Shown: piece by piece, positions 25,396 through 39,542 of the stretch
Layout: the number at the start of each line of letters is the position of its first letter
Position numbering within the stretch: the stretch's first letter is position 1
Assembly (NCBI GenBank): GCA_000697335.1
Contig: JNEM01006726.1
Coordinates: 1-51,593, forward strand
Length of the DNA: 51,593 nucleotides
Origin: Conidiobolus incongruus B7586
Lineage: Eukaryota
Direction: 5' to 3'
Notes under the pieces: model-generated
What the model was told of the DNA's origin: nothing
The model's database searches: none
Seen by the model: the letters and a program-made list of their open reading frames with translations, nothing else
Position numbers and translations under genes: made by a program

Positions 25396-28300
25396 AATTT
25401 AAATATTAAAACTATAAATATTTTTTTTATTTTATATATATTATTTCTAAAAATTAATCAAATTTTTATTAAACCATTATTTTAAAAAAAATTTAGGGTT
25501 TAAATAATTTTAAAAATTTAGAATGACTGCTGAGTCGATTGATTTGAAATTATTGGATTTTTGAAACCTTCGTCATATTCTAAATTTTTAGATTGATATC
25601 TGATCAATTATATATTTTTATTTTAAAGATAATGTATCATTCATTAAAGTTATTATATTAGTTCTATTTTTCTCTTTTAATAATGATACTTATTTAATAT
25701 TAAATTTTTTGTTATTTTTAGAATTTTATAATATAATACATGCTAAAATTATGGTATATATCAATATCATATAACAAAATAGGATACATTTTGTATGCAA
25801 AATTAGTCAAATGTTTTTTTCCTCTATTGACTTTGATCTTATCATCTTGCACAACTATACCCTTTGTGTCTAGGTATACTATAACGGCACTTATAACATG
25901 TGATATATTAACCATATCTCTTAATAGATTGTCATTATGAGATGAAATATATTTGATATTAAATATTTTGATTTTTTATTGTTAATCTTGATAGTATCAA
26001 GTATTCGAAATATTTTGAAAATTATGATTTGTTAAATAATCTCAAGTTTAAAACTTATAAATTTTATTATATTTAAAATGGAATTAATATATCAAATGGC
26101 ATTATTATAAATTCAATATAATCAATTTTAAATAATATATAATTTTAGGCTTCAGTTCATTTCATAATTCACATATTTTTAATTGTATTCTAACTTTTCG
26201 GATTAATCACTATTTGTCTCATTGATAAAGAATGATATGCTCTAGTGTTAGGTTAATCAACTAGTCATTATTCTGAATTCAACTTTGTATATTGATCACA
26301 TATATAGACTATGCAGTTAAAATCACAAGGTTGATTCTGTAAACTTTTCATTGCATTACGGTATCATAATTCAATGAAATTATTTAGTTTTTCATTTTTA
26401 TATCCTTATAAACCATTCGTAATAATCTTTTAGATTTTTGTTTCAATTACACAGTTGCTAATTCTAATAAATTTTTCATCAAATATGACATCATATAGTT
26501 TTATAGGTATGCTAGCTTTCGCTACTATTCAATTTTAAACACATCAATCAACACCAAATAAAATTGAATTACATACTCTAAGCATTAAATCTACAAATTT
26601 CCATATATGATGATATACTGTATATAAATTATCAAAATACAACACAAATAACTAAAAATATATTTGAATAGCCAATTCATGATCTTCACTATTGCAAAAT
26701 AATAAAATTTCAAATTAGATCATCAACTGACTCTTATTTTTATTAGTTATTGCAATACTTCAAATAATATATTAACCTTAATTTCTATTTAAATAATATA
26801 TTATATTACCAAGATATATAACTATTTTTCTCTATTGGTCTGATGGTTATCTAAGTTTATTAAGCCAACTATTCAACTTTACAGTCTTGATCTTGAAATA
26901 CCATAGATAGTTAAAATTTTTGAATTTGATCAATTAATAATAATTTTAATTCAAAAACACTAAAAAATCATTGCAATAAATAGCTTTTTTCAAGGTACAT
27001 TGCGATTTTTAAGATCGCTAATTAATTTTCTGTTCTATACACATTTTTGAATCGTAGTGAAATCTATTAACTATGTGGTATTCCATATTAAAACTCTCAA
27101 CAAAGATGACCATCAAATTCAATTGTAAATGATTTGATTAATCATTAACTCATATCAATTTTAAGTGTAAAATTAAATTTAATCTAATGCAACAGTATAA
27201 CTTTTTGAATATACAAATTATTTTTACAAAATTTTATTTATAATAAAAATTTGAAGCTAATTTTTAATTTCATAATCACTTGAAATTTAACAAATATACC
27301 TAAGTAATCACTTAAAATCAATTATCAAGAATTACTTTTGAAAATTGAGTTATTAAAGTCCTAAAATTAGTCCACCATTAATTAAAATTTCTTAAATTGA
27401 TAAAGTAGATATATTGGACACTTTAGAATAAACAATAATACAAATATTGTACGTTTAAGTGTTCTCATATTGTTTATTTATTAATCAAATGAAAGACACA
27501 ATTACAATATCACTTAAAATGGTATATTATCAATAAAGAATTATACAATATTTCATTGTACTTTTAATTAACTAATGTATTACTCTATTTCTGATTCATA
27601 TATGTCTGTAATCCTATATTTCATCAAATATATATTAGAGAGAGAAAGTAGTTATAATAAAATTAAATAAAAATTATCATGTTTCAACTCCTATAATATA
27701 TATATTTCGAGTTATATAAAGATATGACATTGAATTGGAATCTGATACTTTGTTGAATTTTTTCAGTTGGCTAAAATAGAAGTGACATGAGATACAATAT
27801 ATACCTGATATGTTGAAATGAAAATTTCAGTTTATTAAATTCATTTTAAATATAATTTTTGAATTTTTAATTAATCGTTATTTTTAATTATTATAATGTA
27901 ATTTAATTTTTCTCTAAAAAATATTGACAACTGAAAATATATAGCTAAATTCATCTATAGATATAACAATATATATGGATGATTTACCATTTTATCCCTT
28001 ATATTTTGTAACAACTGAAGCGAATGTAAAACACTGTTCTAATTAAAATCAATAAGAACCGCTGTTATATCAAATGACTACAATAAACAGGATATAATAT
28101 CAACTAAATATTAATACAGCTTCAAGTTTAATTACATTATAGTGTAGATCATATAGCATTTTAATACCAAAATAGATATAAAACTACCAAATATATATTT
28201 ATTTTTTTAATCTTCAAATATTTGCAAAACACTCCAATTATCCAATTCTGTATCATGTATATTACCAAAAATCGTCACTTTAAAAATAATAATTGTGATT

Positions 28301-29737
28301 TTGATATTATAAGATATATAAAATTTTTGAATACAATTGATACTCTGTTGAAGATAAGTTTAAATATTGATCATTACTATTATTTTAATATTAAAAATGA
28401 TTTTAATTCAATCGTTAAATATATAATATCTAAAATATCGAATCTTTAAAATATGAGTTTCATTAAATTTTTCATGATTATCGAAAATTATTAAATTTAA
28501 TATACATTGATTCAAATTACTAAGATATATATTATAATACAATTCAAGTAATGTATTTAAGGGAAAACATGTAACAATCATATCATTGAGAACGCCATGC
28601 AGTGTTGAAAATTAATGAATTTTACTAATGTAAAGGATAAACTAGTGATTTTATTGAATCAATTAATATATTTTATATTGACATAATGATTTTAAACATG
28701 AGTTATAGGTATTTATCTAATAATATGTTCAATCATTTCTCTATATTTTATTATTGAGAGATATATGAATATTCGTTGTTATAGTTTTTTCCTATACAGC
28801 ATTTATCAATAGCCTTAATGCATCTCAATCCATAAAAATAATAGTTATATGAACTTAAGCTTATACCATGGTAACCACTAATTTAAAAATCATCTCAAGT
28901 TAAATATTTTTTAAAATCTCCTGGTTAATTTATAAAGCTACAATGGTCTCTATAGCGATGCATGGATACATATAAGTTGGCCAAGCACTAACTTGAATCA
29001 AGGATTTAATGCTATAGCATTATATAGAATAGGTTCACGCATGATCTAAGAATATAATTTGTACAATTTGATCCAATTTGTATCCAAATTAACTGAACTA
29101 ATTTATAATTTATTGGTTTATTTTTATACTAAAAAGCTTTAATCATTATTAAATCATTTGTACATGAGAAAATCCATCAGTCTAAAATTAAACTATTTCA
29201 AGTTAGACCATTTTTATACAGTATTTTGAATGTTATTCTTTGAATAATGGTCTGATATTGTATTGTCATAATTGTTAAAATGATCATTTGTATCAATACC
29301 ATCTAATCGTTGAAGTGGATTTTGGTTAAATTTTATAGGTACAGTTTGGCAAAATGTAACATGCAAAAATTATTCTATACAAATAGAATCTAACCTCAAT
29401 TGAATTTGGAATAGGTTACCCAATCACACCGGTCCAATGCATCAACCAATTAATTTCCCAGCTATATATAGTATCTCATCTCCACGTCAGTTTCCTTTTG
29501 ATCATATCTCAAATTTATCATCAGTTTATGTTACAAATACTGAAATAATTCATCAATCATTACCCCTACATCATTCATTTATAATCTTATTATCGAGTAT
29601 TTGCAATTTATCTCTCTTTAACTTCTAATATCAAAACACTAAATATTCGATACACAAAAATCTACAAATAATATTCTTTTTTATCCTCTAATCAACTTTT
29701 ATTCAATTATTAATATCCAAAATTAAACTCAGTCAAA

Positions 29738-31664
29738 ATGGCAATGTCAATTGGTAAAAATTTTGGCAAATTAAAACAAGTAATCATTCAATCCATTTGA
29801 TTTATTCTAAATCAAACCTCAAATGGACCCCATCTTTAAATCTTCCTCAACTCATTCTAATCTTTATTACCTTTATAGTGGACTTCAGAGAAATTAGGAA
29901 GTGCTGATAAAACTGAAGTCAATGAAGATTTTAAAATTTTATCTGAAGAAACCGATAATAGAAATGAAACCTTACAAAAATTAGAAACTCACGTCGATTT
30001 GTATTTAAAAAATTTGGGTACCTATGATAAATTTATTTAATATATAGCAGATTATTCAATTTTGGTGATATTATAATAGGTAAACGTAAGGCCACAGCTG
30101 AAGACAAGAATAAAACTATGCCAATTGAAGCTTTAGCCCATGTTATGATTAATCAATCTGCAATTATTGGAGAAGGAACAAACTATGGTATACCGTGCAT
30201 CTGCCATCAATGATATACATTTTCTTATACTTTTATATAGGTAAGGCATTGTTTAAAGTTGGTACTGCCCATGAAAAGATCGCGAATATTCAGCTTGAAT
30301 ATGTAAGTACATGAATTTACAAAAATTTCCTATTTAATTTAACATTTACATTTTTAGGTTAACAAAGTGCGTGCTGGCTACTACAACAACCTTGAAAAAT
30401 CTTTATCTGATTTGAAAGACTTTTATGTAAATCATATATTGATTTCAACCCAATCCGTTTTTCTAATTTCAAGTTATAGAAATTAAAAGCTAAATTGGAG
30501 AACAGACGTTTAGACTTAGATGCCAAATTGAGTCAAATGCAAAAAGCTAAGAAAGAAAAACCTGAACTGGAAGAAGCCGTAAGAGCTGCTCAAAACAAGT
30601 ACGATGATTCTTTGGCAGATACTTTTAACAGAATGATTATGATTAATGAGGCTGAAGAATTACAAGTTCGCGACTTGGCTACTTTTGTTGAATCAGAGTT
30701 AAATTATTATACCAAGTGTGCTGAAATCCTCACTCCCTTACTTTCATCTATTAAAGAACTCTCAAACAACCCTCGTCCTAAACGTAATTATTCATTAGGA
30801 CCTACTGCCAGCGACTCTTACTCCTCATCTTACTCAAATCGTTATCGCGAATATGATGATCATTCTGCTCATACCCCCGATTCTATAGATGATGATCGTT
30901 CTAGCTATTTTGAACGTAGAGAGCTTAATCGTAGTAAGAGTATTAGCAGTAATTCAGGCAGATCCAACAGCAAACCTCCTCTACCACCTCCTCTTGCTCC
31001 TCGCAAAAAGGTCAAACAGATGCGATGCATATATGGTTTCTCTTCCAATGACAGTGAAGAATTAAGCATGGAGCCTGGAGACTTAATTACAGTCATTGAG
31101 GAAGTTGACGAAGGCTGGTGGATTGGTGAAATTAAAGAAGGTCGTACTAAGCGTGTTGGTATGTTCCCCGTCAATTACACTGAACCAGTCACAGTCACTG
31201 CACCAACTCGCTCTGAATCTTACCACAATAATTCTTCAGCTTCTCAAGATCCTTGGAATCCTAACAAGCCTGATCCTTTTGATGAGCCCCAAGAAATTGA
31301 ATATTCTTCTTCCACCAGAAAAGCTTCAACCCCAACACGCAAGCCCATCCCAGGTATGATGACTGACTCAGATTCCGAGTCACGTCCTGGCTTCCGTAGA
31401 TCTATGTCATCGAATAGTGTACCCCCTCCTCGTCCCAGTGGTCCTAAGCCTACAGGCACTGTCCGTTCATCTGCTGCTTCAGGAACTGCATCACCAAACC
31501 GTCTTGGTGCTCAACCTCCAGGTGGAATGGCCGCACGTTCTAATTCGTCAAATTCATATGCCAATGACGAAACAGAAGATGTTTGTCGCGAGTGTGGTTG
31601 CGACGACTTTTGTGCCAATCCTTTCAAGAGGGGATCTTGCAACAATTGCTTCCATAAACATTGA
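29738..31664 (+). CDS. Endophilin/Mug137-like BAR-SH3 protein with a C-terminal Cys/His module; 6 exons
   Basis: Spliced N-terminus GKNFGKLKQWTSEKLG..KTE, KLENRRLDLDAK (BAR); SH3 ELSMEPGDLITVIEEVDEGWWIGE..GMFPVNY; tail CRECGCDDFCANPFKRGSCNNCFHKH. Confidence 0.88.
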
Positions 31665-33729
31665 TTGTTCTCACTATCGAAATTATTCACCCAATTTTAT
31701 TCAAATCCTATTGGGGTATATTGTAATTCCAATTCTACTATAATTTTTACTTAATATATTTAAAACTTCCAAACTTTAGATTAATACTATTTCAATCCTC
31801 CTTTCTATATTAAAAATCTCCAACTTAATAATGAATAAATTCAAACATTCTAACTCATTTAATTATAGCTTTTAAACTTTGAATAAAATAATTTTATAAT
31901 TCAAGTATTCATTTAATAAAATTATCATTCTTATGTTAAAATGAATTGATTGAATTTTTCTCAAATAATTTACATCCCCCTTGCCATTATGGGCTTTTGG
32001 AAAATAGATAGTTTAATATATTCTTATCTGATTTAATACAAACAGTAAAATCAATATTCTAAATGAACAATTCTTTGCTGATAGGAAAATATTTTTGAAT
32101 AAATATTGGATACAGTAACTTCAATCATATATTTAAATATTATTATTGGTCAATAAATGTTTATTTATATTTCAAATATAAATTTTAATCCAATTTTCAT
32201 CTGATAAGCTTTAGTATTATATACTAAAAAAAACAATTTTAACATTATTAAATTTAAGGAGTAATAAAAGTGTAAGAGGGAGTTATTGGTCATTTGAGCA
32301 AAATTTTATGAATAGATCATGGTCAAACCTTAAAATTATAATCATTTATCATAATATAATATATTAATTATATTTTTCTATAATTTGTATAAAAATATTT
32401 ATTTCACTATTTGCTAATATTTATATATGAATTAATTTATGTTTGTTATATTTATACTGTTCATTAAATATATCATAATTAAATTCTTTTATTGTATTTA
32501 ATTAACTCAAAATTTGAATTGAAAAGAATAAATCAATCAAAACTTTAATTTATATATAGACGTCATAATAATTGTAATAATGAAAACTAGGAAACGAGTG
32601 AATAGTAATCAATTCTAAATGTTTTATAAGCCAGAACAAAGTTATAGTCAATTAATATCGTGAAAAAAAATGATTTTAGGAACAATAGCTTTGTCAAAAA
32701 CGATGTTTAAGAATAATTTGAATAGTACATTATCAATATTTAAATAATGCTTAAGGCTTTTTTTGGTTTATATACTTAATGTATATAAAGTTTATTTTAT
32801 TTAAATATCTAAAATTATATTAACATATATCGATTATCCAATTATTGATAGTTCTCGAAACAATGATGAAATAATAAAATAATAAAATAATAAAATCTTT
32901 ATATATTGAAATTTCTTTATGATTCGAATATGTTTAATTACAAGAAATTTGCATATATAAGCTATTAAACTAGAATAAAATTATTTCAAGCTTTTTTGTA
33001 CTGCAATATTCAATGCTTGGTTTTTAAATACAATTGCTAATTATTTTATTTAAAAGCCATTACAAAATTACTAAATTTACATCAATTACTTGGGTCCAAA
33101 TAATATTATTTTTGAATATTATTGCTTCTTAATTGTCTGTTGCTGCAAAGCTTTAAATATTCTATCATAAATTGACATTTTATAAAATACAATGTAATTA
33201 ATTAATACACATAATCAGTTTCTAAAATATTTATATTAATACAAGGAAAATAAATTTAATTAGTAGTTATATATTTGATATTTATATAGCTGGAATATTT
33301 AAGGATATTTAAGTTTGAAATAGATAATATCATTCATGGTTTACATAATTAATTAATAACTCATGTTTTAAGTAATAGATTAGTAATCAAGGATTCTAAA
33401 ATAATATAATAATTTTTATAAAAACATAAATAGAATTTCTTTGTTATCACTTTCATGTTAATATTATTAAACTAATTATTGATGTGAATTGATTAAGAAA
33501 ATTTTATATAAAAAATTTATAATATTAACTATTATATAAATTAATGACCTAAAAACAAACAAATTCTTCAAAATAGAAACTGAAAACCTATTAATATTGA
33601 ACTTTAAGAAATTTAATATTTAATTTATAAATATATTTAAATATAAGGAAATATTTCAGATTTTCAAGATTGTTAGAAGTTTTATTGAATTTTATTTTCA
33701 ATTGTCTGGAAGAATTTAAAGACCAAGTA

Positions 33730-35033
33730 TTACTATAGAATCAAAAAAATGGGAAATTTTTTAATTTCTAATTTTTCAAACATATTATTAGTTTCAAATA
33801 AAAAAATATATACAAAACAACTAGGAAAATAAATAGTTTTAAATTATATATATATATAATAACTTTTTTGATTAAAAAAATAATTTTTTAAAATTAGTTG
33901 TTTAATTTAATTATACTTAAATTAAATAATAATTATCAAAAGTCTTTTATTTTAGTATTAGTAAAACTTAACTATAAACCTTTTAAAATCATTTAAAATT
34001 TACAAACAGCTTTTGATAATAAAATATTATTTAAATTAACAATTTAATACTAGGTAAATTATTTTAAAACTAAAAGAGAAATTACTTAAAACTTATTAAA
34101 TTTAAAAGATTAATTTTAATTATTACTTTTTTAATTATTAATAAAATAAAAAAATATATTGAAAAACACCTTTTTATTTTAGTTAAAGAATTATCAAGAT
34201 ACTTTAATATTAATCACACAAGTATTTTATATATATTAAAGTTTAAATTAAAATTAATTAATAAAAATATAAAATAGGTACTTTTTAATTAAACTAAAGC
34301 TTAAAAAAATTAAAATAGCTATTGTTAAATAAAACTTATTAAAGTATAACTAGAAACTAAAGTTTTTATAGTGAATTATTATAATTAATAAATCTTAGAT
34401 TTTTCTATATAATATTTTATTAAAACATAAATCAAAGTGTTAAATTAAGTTAAATTAACCCCCTCTATAAATTCTTTTAAATAAATACTTTGTTGATAAA
34501 TAAATGTTAATTGTTATAATAAATTATAATAGTATATGTTATTCTTATTTAGTTCTTAAAAAAATCAATTAATAATAAACTTTATATTTTTTTTAAATAA
34601 AACTATTTCTAATTAGTATTCTTAATATAATTTAAAAAAACCTATTATTTTATATAATAATTATAAAATATATAAATTTAGAGTTGTAAAAAACTTTTTA
34701 ATTAAAAATAACTAGAAAAAATTACCACATCTAATATATTCTTTAGATTATAACTTATGTGATTATAATTGTTTTAAGCAATTAAAAAACTAACTTATAA
34801 AAAAGAAAATTTCTACAGGAAAATTTAATTGGTATATAAAATATCAAATTTTAGTATTTAATAAAAAAAATTATTTTTTAAGTATTAGATCTTTGTTAAA
34901 AGTATAGCAAAAGTAATTAGAAATAAAAGAAATTATTAATTTTATATTATATATCTATTTTTACTTTTTATATATTAAAATGTTTATTTTTTTTCAATTG
35001 CAAAAAATTCCTATTATTTAAATTACAAAGTAA
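33730..35033 (+). mobile_element. Full-length (1304 bp) mariner DD34D element, hypermutated (copy 1)
   Basis: Imperfect TIRs TTACTATAGAATC.. / ..AATTACAAAGTAA flanked by TA. Relic motifs WVP (TAG GTA CTT, 34275), IDESW (34384-34398), PIILHDN (34641), W..LPHP.YSPD..PCD (34713-34763). The second and third catalytic Asp positions (34656, 34761) are 35 codons apart, giving D34D. Homologous to 41644-43163. Confidence 0.85.
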
Positions 35034-36817
35034 TATATTATCTTTCATATTTAGAAATAATTAACTAAATATAATATAATTTATATAACCTTATATTTGT
35101 TAATCAAAATATACAAAATAAACTATCAAGAATGAAATAAAAAATAGCTATAATCTTATTACAATATAATATAAAAATGTTTTTTAAAAGCCTGAATAAT
35201 CTGATTATATAATAGATATTTAGATTATGATTATTCATTTAAATAGTATTTTTATACTTGAATAATTTAATAAATAATAAAGTAAAGCATCTTAAAATTG
35301 ATAAATATATATATAATTGTTAAAAATAGATTTTATAAAAAACAAAACTAATGATGTAATACCTAATAATATATCAAATATGTAAAACTTTGAAAGTTTG
35401 AAAAATAAATATATGGTATATTAAATGATTATAACCCTTTTGAAACATTTTATTATGTATAAATTTTGTTTAATCAAAGTATATAATAGTTAAAATAAAT
35501 TAGGTATTAAAATATTGAAATATAAATTAAAATATATAATATTTACAAAAATCACTTAATGATTAAAAATATTTTTGAAAATATAATAACAATTTCATGA
35601 TAAATCTTATAATATTAAGGAATTTAAGTAATTGAAATTGATTAAAAAATCTTTAATTTTTAGGGTGTTTATTACTCCTCTTAAACTCTCATTATTTTAT
35701 TATTAATATTAAAATTTCAAAAATTTAACATTGAAATAAAAATAATATACTAAATATGAATATAATACTTAAATATTTTTAATAAGTTTATTTGATTTTC
35801 ACCATATTTATTTCTCTGGTTTATAACAATATAATAATAATATCAATCTCTTATAAAATATTTGAAATACAAAAACAATCACTGAGAGCAAAGGTTGCTG
35901 ACTAACAGTAATAGCTTGATCCTAATTCTAAATTCTGAATATTTTTTGAATATAAAAAAGATGATTTAAGCTTAAATATGTGATTGACTATATTTAATAA
36001 ATAATACTTCTTTAATAGAATAGTTCTCAAGAATATATAATAGTATTAATTATATTATTTTGATGTTGATGATAAATAATACATTAGATATAATATTTAA
36101 TCACACTTATTTTAACTGGTCTTGCATCACACCATTTCGATGATAATAATGGACACTCATTGGAATAAATTTGTTAAGAGCAAGTAATATTAATATTAAC
36201 ATAATTAAAATTATATAATTAGTTAATAAATATTATATCATCCTTCTTCACATTGGTTTCGAAACAATTCCCATTTTTATCTTGAAAATGGTGTATTTTA
36301 CATCAAAAAGAAAATATCTTAATAGTTTAAATAATTTATATGAAATATCAGATATTATATATATTAATATTTTAATTATATTTTGAATCAAATTTTATTC
36401 TATTGTAATTTGAAATAATCCAGATTAATTTTATTGATATTATGATTTCTAATTTATTCAATCCCGATAAATAATGTATAAATCATGGAAAATTTAAAAT
36501 TTGTTATTAAAAACTAATGTCAAATAGTGAATATAGTATTTTGAATAATTAATAGTATGAGCACAAAGCAATGATAATAATCAAAGGTTCAGCCTACATA
36601 AAGTTCAATTAAAAAGTTGATAATTTTCAATCAAGAATTTTGAAACAAATTGAAAATTAGTAAAATAGTTAATTTATAAGTCAAGTTATAAATATACTGA
36701 AAATAATATAGTTATTTAATTAAGTTTAAATGGTTAAACTCTATCATCAATTATTTTGTTTATATTATTATTTTGTACAAATTAATCATTTGTTATAAAT
36801 AGATGTTTGAAAAAAAA

Positions 36818-37562
36818 CTAGTTGGTAGCTTGGACAACACCGACTTGAGCGGGACGAATGACACGACCGTTCAAGGTGTAACCGATCTTTTCAACGGCGA
36901 AGACAGTGTTAGCATCCTTGTTGGGAACGGGAGCTTGATAGAGAGCTTGATGTTGGTTGGGGTCGAATTCTTGGTCAATGGGGTTGATTTGTTCAACACC
37001 ATGGCGCTTCAAGGTCTTGAGAAGTTCTGTTTGGGTCATAGAGACACCACTGTACAAGTCAGCGAGTTCTTTGTGGTTTTCTTTATCGTTGTACATAGCT
37101 TCGGGGACAGATTTCAAAGCTAAACCTAAGATATCGACAGTATCGACTAAGTCTTTGACGAACTTTTGAATGGCAAATTGAGAAGCTTGTTCTTTTTCCT
37201 TTTGAGTGCGCTGTCTAAGATTTTCCATATCGGCTAAAGCTCTCAAGTAACCATCCTAAGTGAAGGTGAATAAAATGGATTTAATCAAATAAGTGTTAAT
37301 TTACTTGTAATTTAGATAACTTTTGTTCTTTTTCTTCTAATTGCTTTTTGAGTTCAGCAACAAGGTCAGATTCTTTAGCTTCTTTGCTTTCTTCAGGTTT
37401 GGCTTCGGCCTTAGTTTCGCCAGAGTTGGCTTCAGTGGTATAGAAACGAGTATTGGCAGCAACACGATTGACAGCTTGTAAAGGAGCAAAAGCGGTAACA
37501 TTATTTCTGATGACGTTAGAACTTGATCTATAGGCCAATCTAGCAATTGTGTTCATTTTCAT
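36818..37562 (-). CDS. MGE1: Mitochondrial GrpE nucleotide-exchange factor; exons 37562-37305, 37255-36818
   Basis: Presequence-like N-terminus; YLRALADMENLRQRT, FAIQKFVKDL, FDPNQHQA, GYTLNGRVIRPAQVGVV. Confidence 0.97.
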
Positions 37563-37664
37563 ATTGTATTAAAAAGTTAATTAACTGAGTATTAATATTT
37601 TTGTTAATTTTTAATTTGAAAATTGAAAATAATACAATTTATACTTAACTCACTTAAGGTTAAA

Positions 37665-37671
37665 TTATGGG
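37665..37671 (-). promoter_or_regulatory. CCCATAA candidate promoter motif (MGE1)
   Basis: TTATGGG on the + strand, ~105 bp upstream of the ATG. Confidence 0.55.
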
Positions 37672-38736
37672 TACCTCAATTTATATACCTATTAACGGTA
37701 AAATTCGGGGGTAATAATGGCTCAATTAGGAAAATTATGGATATTGAGAACTAACATTCGGATTAATGGATGATTTTATTTTTAAAATTTCCAAGATAAA
37801 TACTTGGATTGAATTTAATATATTTTTATGATAATATGCATTCCTGCTAAATTTTATAAAAATATATCAGCTATCTTATAGTACTGAAATTAAATAATAA
37901 TAATAATCTTTAAAATAAGTTAAAAATAGAGTCAAATATATCTTTTTTAAAGATAAAAAACTTTATTTACATTCTAGAATATTCTGCTATCCAATAAAAC
38001 TATTTGAAATTTTTGAATTTTGAATAAAATTAATGATTCTTTTAGTAATAGAATTAGATATAAAGTTGAATCATAATTAGTAAATATATAAGAGATATAT
38101 TTGATTGAATAATTGACAATATACATAATTGCATCATTTTAATTCTAATAGAATGTTTAAAATAAATAATAACTACAATAATAATCAAGCGAAGTAATTT
38201 AGATTAAAATTGTAAAATTACTAGAAATATTATACCACTAAAATCAATAAATTTTTGAAAAATATATATTAATAATGTAAATAATATTAAATTGAAATAT
38301 TATAATTTATAAATAGGAGCACATATAATAAAGCACACGTATAAAAGCTAGAGGCATATATTATTTGAAAAGTAATCATTGTCTTAAATTTGTATTGATA
38401 ATTTAATCAATTTTCTACTAAAAGTAGTAAAATATTCATATTAGATGAAAATAAAATTTTATTTATTACATATTCCTATTTAGTTAAAAAATAAAATTAT
38501 CATACCAAAACAGAATATAATTAATTAAAAATAATGTTAATTTTGATAAAAATAAAAAATTTCATATATATTAATTATTTAATACGGAGTTTTCAATGAT
38601 ATAAGGTCATGTTAATAGTTTAATATGATGAAATTTAGAATGAGAGATGAACCTGGTTTCAATTTCAACATAAAATTGATTTAAAAATGAAATATATATT
38701 ATGTAATTATTGAATTATTTTATTAATGTAATTTAA

Positions 38737-39447
38737 TTAATCACTTGGACTAATACCAAACTTTTCATAAATTTCTTTAAAAGTACAATTATAATGCTCA
38801 GCCAACTGATAGACAATGAATTAGTAAAAACATAATTGTGATAAATATTGATTGTTTACATTGGATAACATTCCTCTAACAGCTTCCTTTAAACTTTGAA
38901 AATCTTCAATTAAATTAACGTGTTCATCATTGGTTTTAACAACATCGTCGAATGTATACCGATTACTATAAAATTTGAAATTAAAATAAAAATTGAGAAT
39001 ATGTCAAATAATGTATAATATTACTCAAATGAATTTTTAATTAAATTAATTTCTTCATTTAGTTTTAAAAAATCTTTCTTCAAACTTATAAACTGATTGG
39101 CTATCTATAATTAAAATAAAAATAAAGCTAATTTAGCAATATGTAATAATCTATTGAGAATAAAATTTACTTGATTAAAATTTGAAGTTTTCCAAATCAA
39201 AAAGCATTTTTTAGACCGATTCGAATCGGTTTCTATAGAATTGACATTACTATAAAATAAGGAAAATGAATATTTAATATTAAACAATTAAATTGAATAT
39301 TTACATTAAACCATCTCTTAATAAACTATTCAAAATCAATTCTAATTCATAGTCTTTATATTGAAATTTTGAGAAAATAGGTAACAAAGGCTTAGGTTCA
39401 TAAGACAATTCATCATTTAAACATTCTAATAATTTTATTTTTTCCAT
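38737..39447 (-). CDS. 158-aa Swi5/Sae3-like recombination mediator; exons 39447-39305, 39249-39171, 39104-39025, 38965-38860, 38805-38737 (absent from ORF track)
   Basis: Four GT-AG introns join five exons with no stop. The C-terminus EHVNLIEDFQSLKEAVRGMLSNLAEHYNCTFKEIYEKFGISPSD resembles the Swi5 domain. CCCATAA motif ~90 bp upstream. Confidence 0.78.
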
Positions 39448-39535
39448 GTTAAAGGTTAAAAAATGAACTAATAATTGTTTTTAAATCTCGAGTCATTGAC
39501 TGGGACAATTTAAGTTATGAATAGTTGATATAAAA

Positions 39536-39542
39536 TTATGGG
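39536..39542 (-). promoter_or_regulatory. CCCATAA candidate promoter motif (Swi5-like gene)
   Basis: TTATGGG on the + strand, ~90 bp upstream of the ATG. Confidence 0.55.

Noticed and set aside
25718..25940. Overlapping 65/66-aa ORFs; NRGKKHL faintly like a RuvC-I (TnpB/Fanzor) motif
   Set aside because: No catalytic Asp, no other motifs or element ends; at most an unidentifiable relic.
35870..36305. Cys-rich minus-strand peptide scraps (CKIHHFQDKNGNCF, ECPLLSSKWCD, YYC*SATF)
   Set aside because: Interrupted by stops and not assignable; maybe a decayed gene but unsupported.
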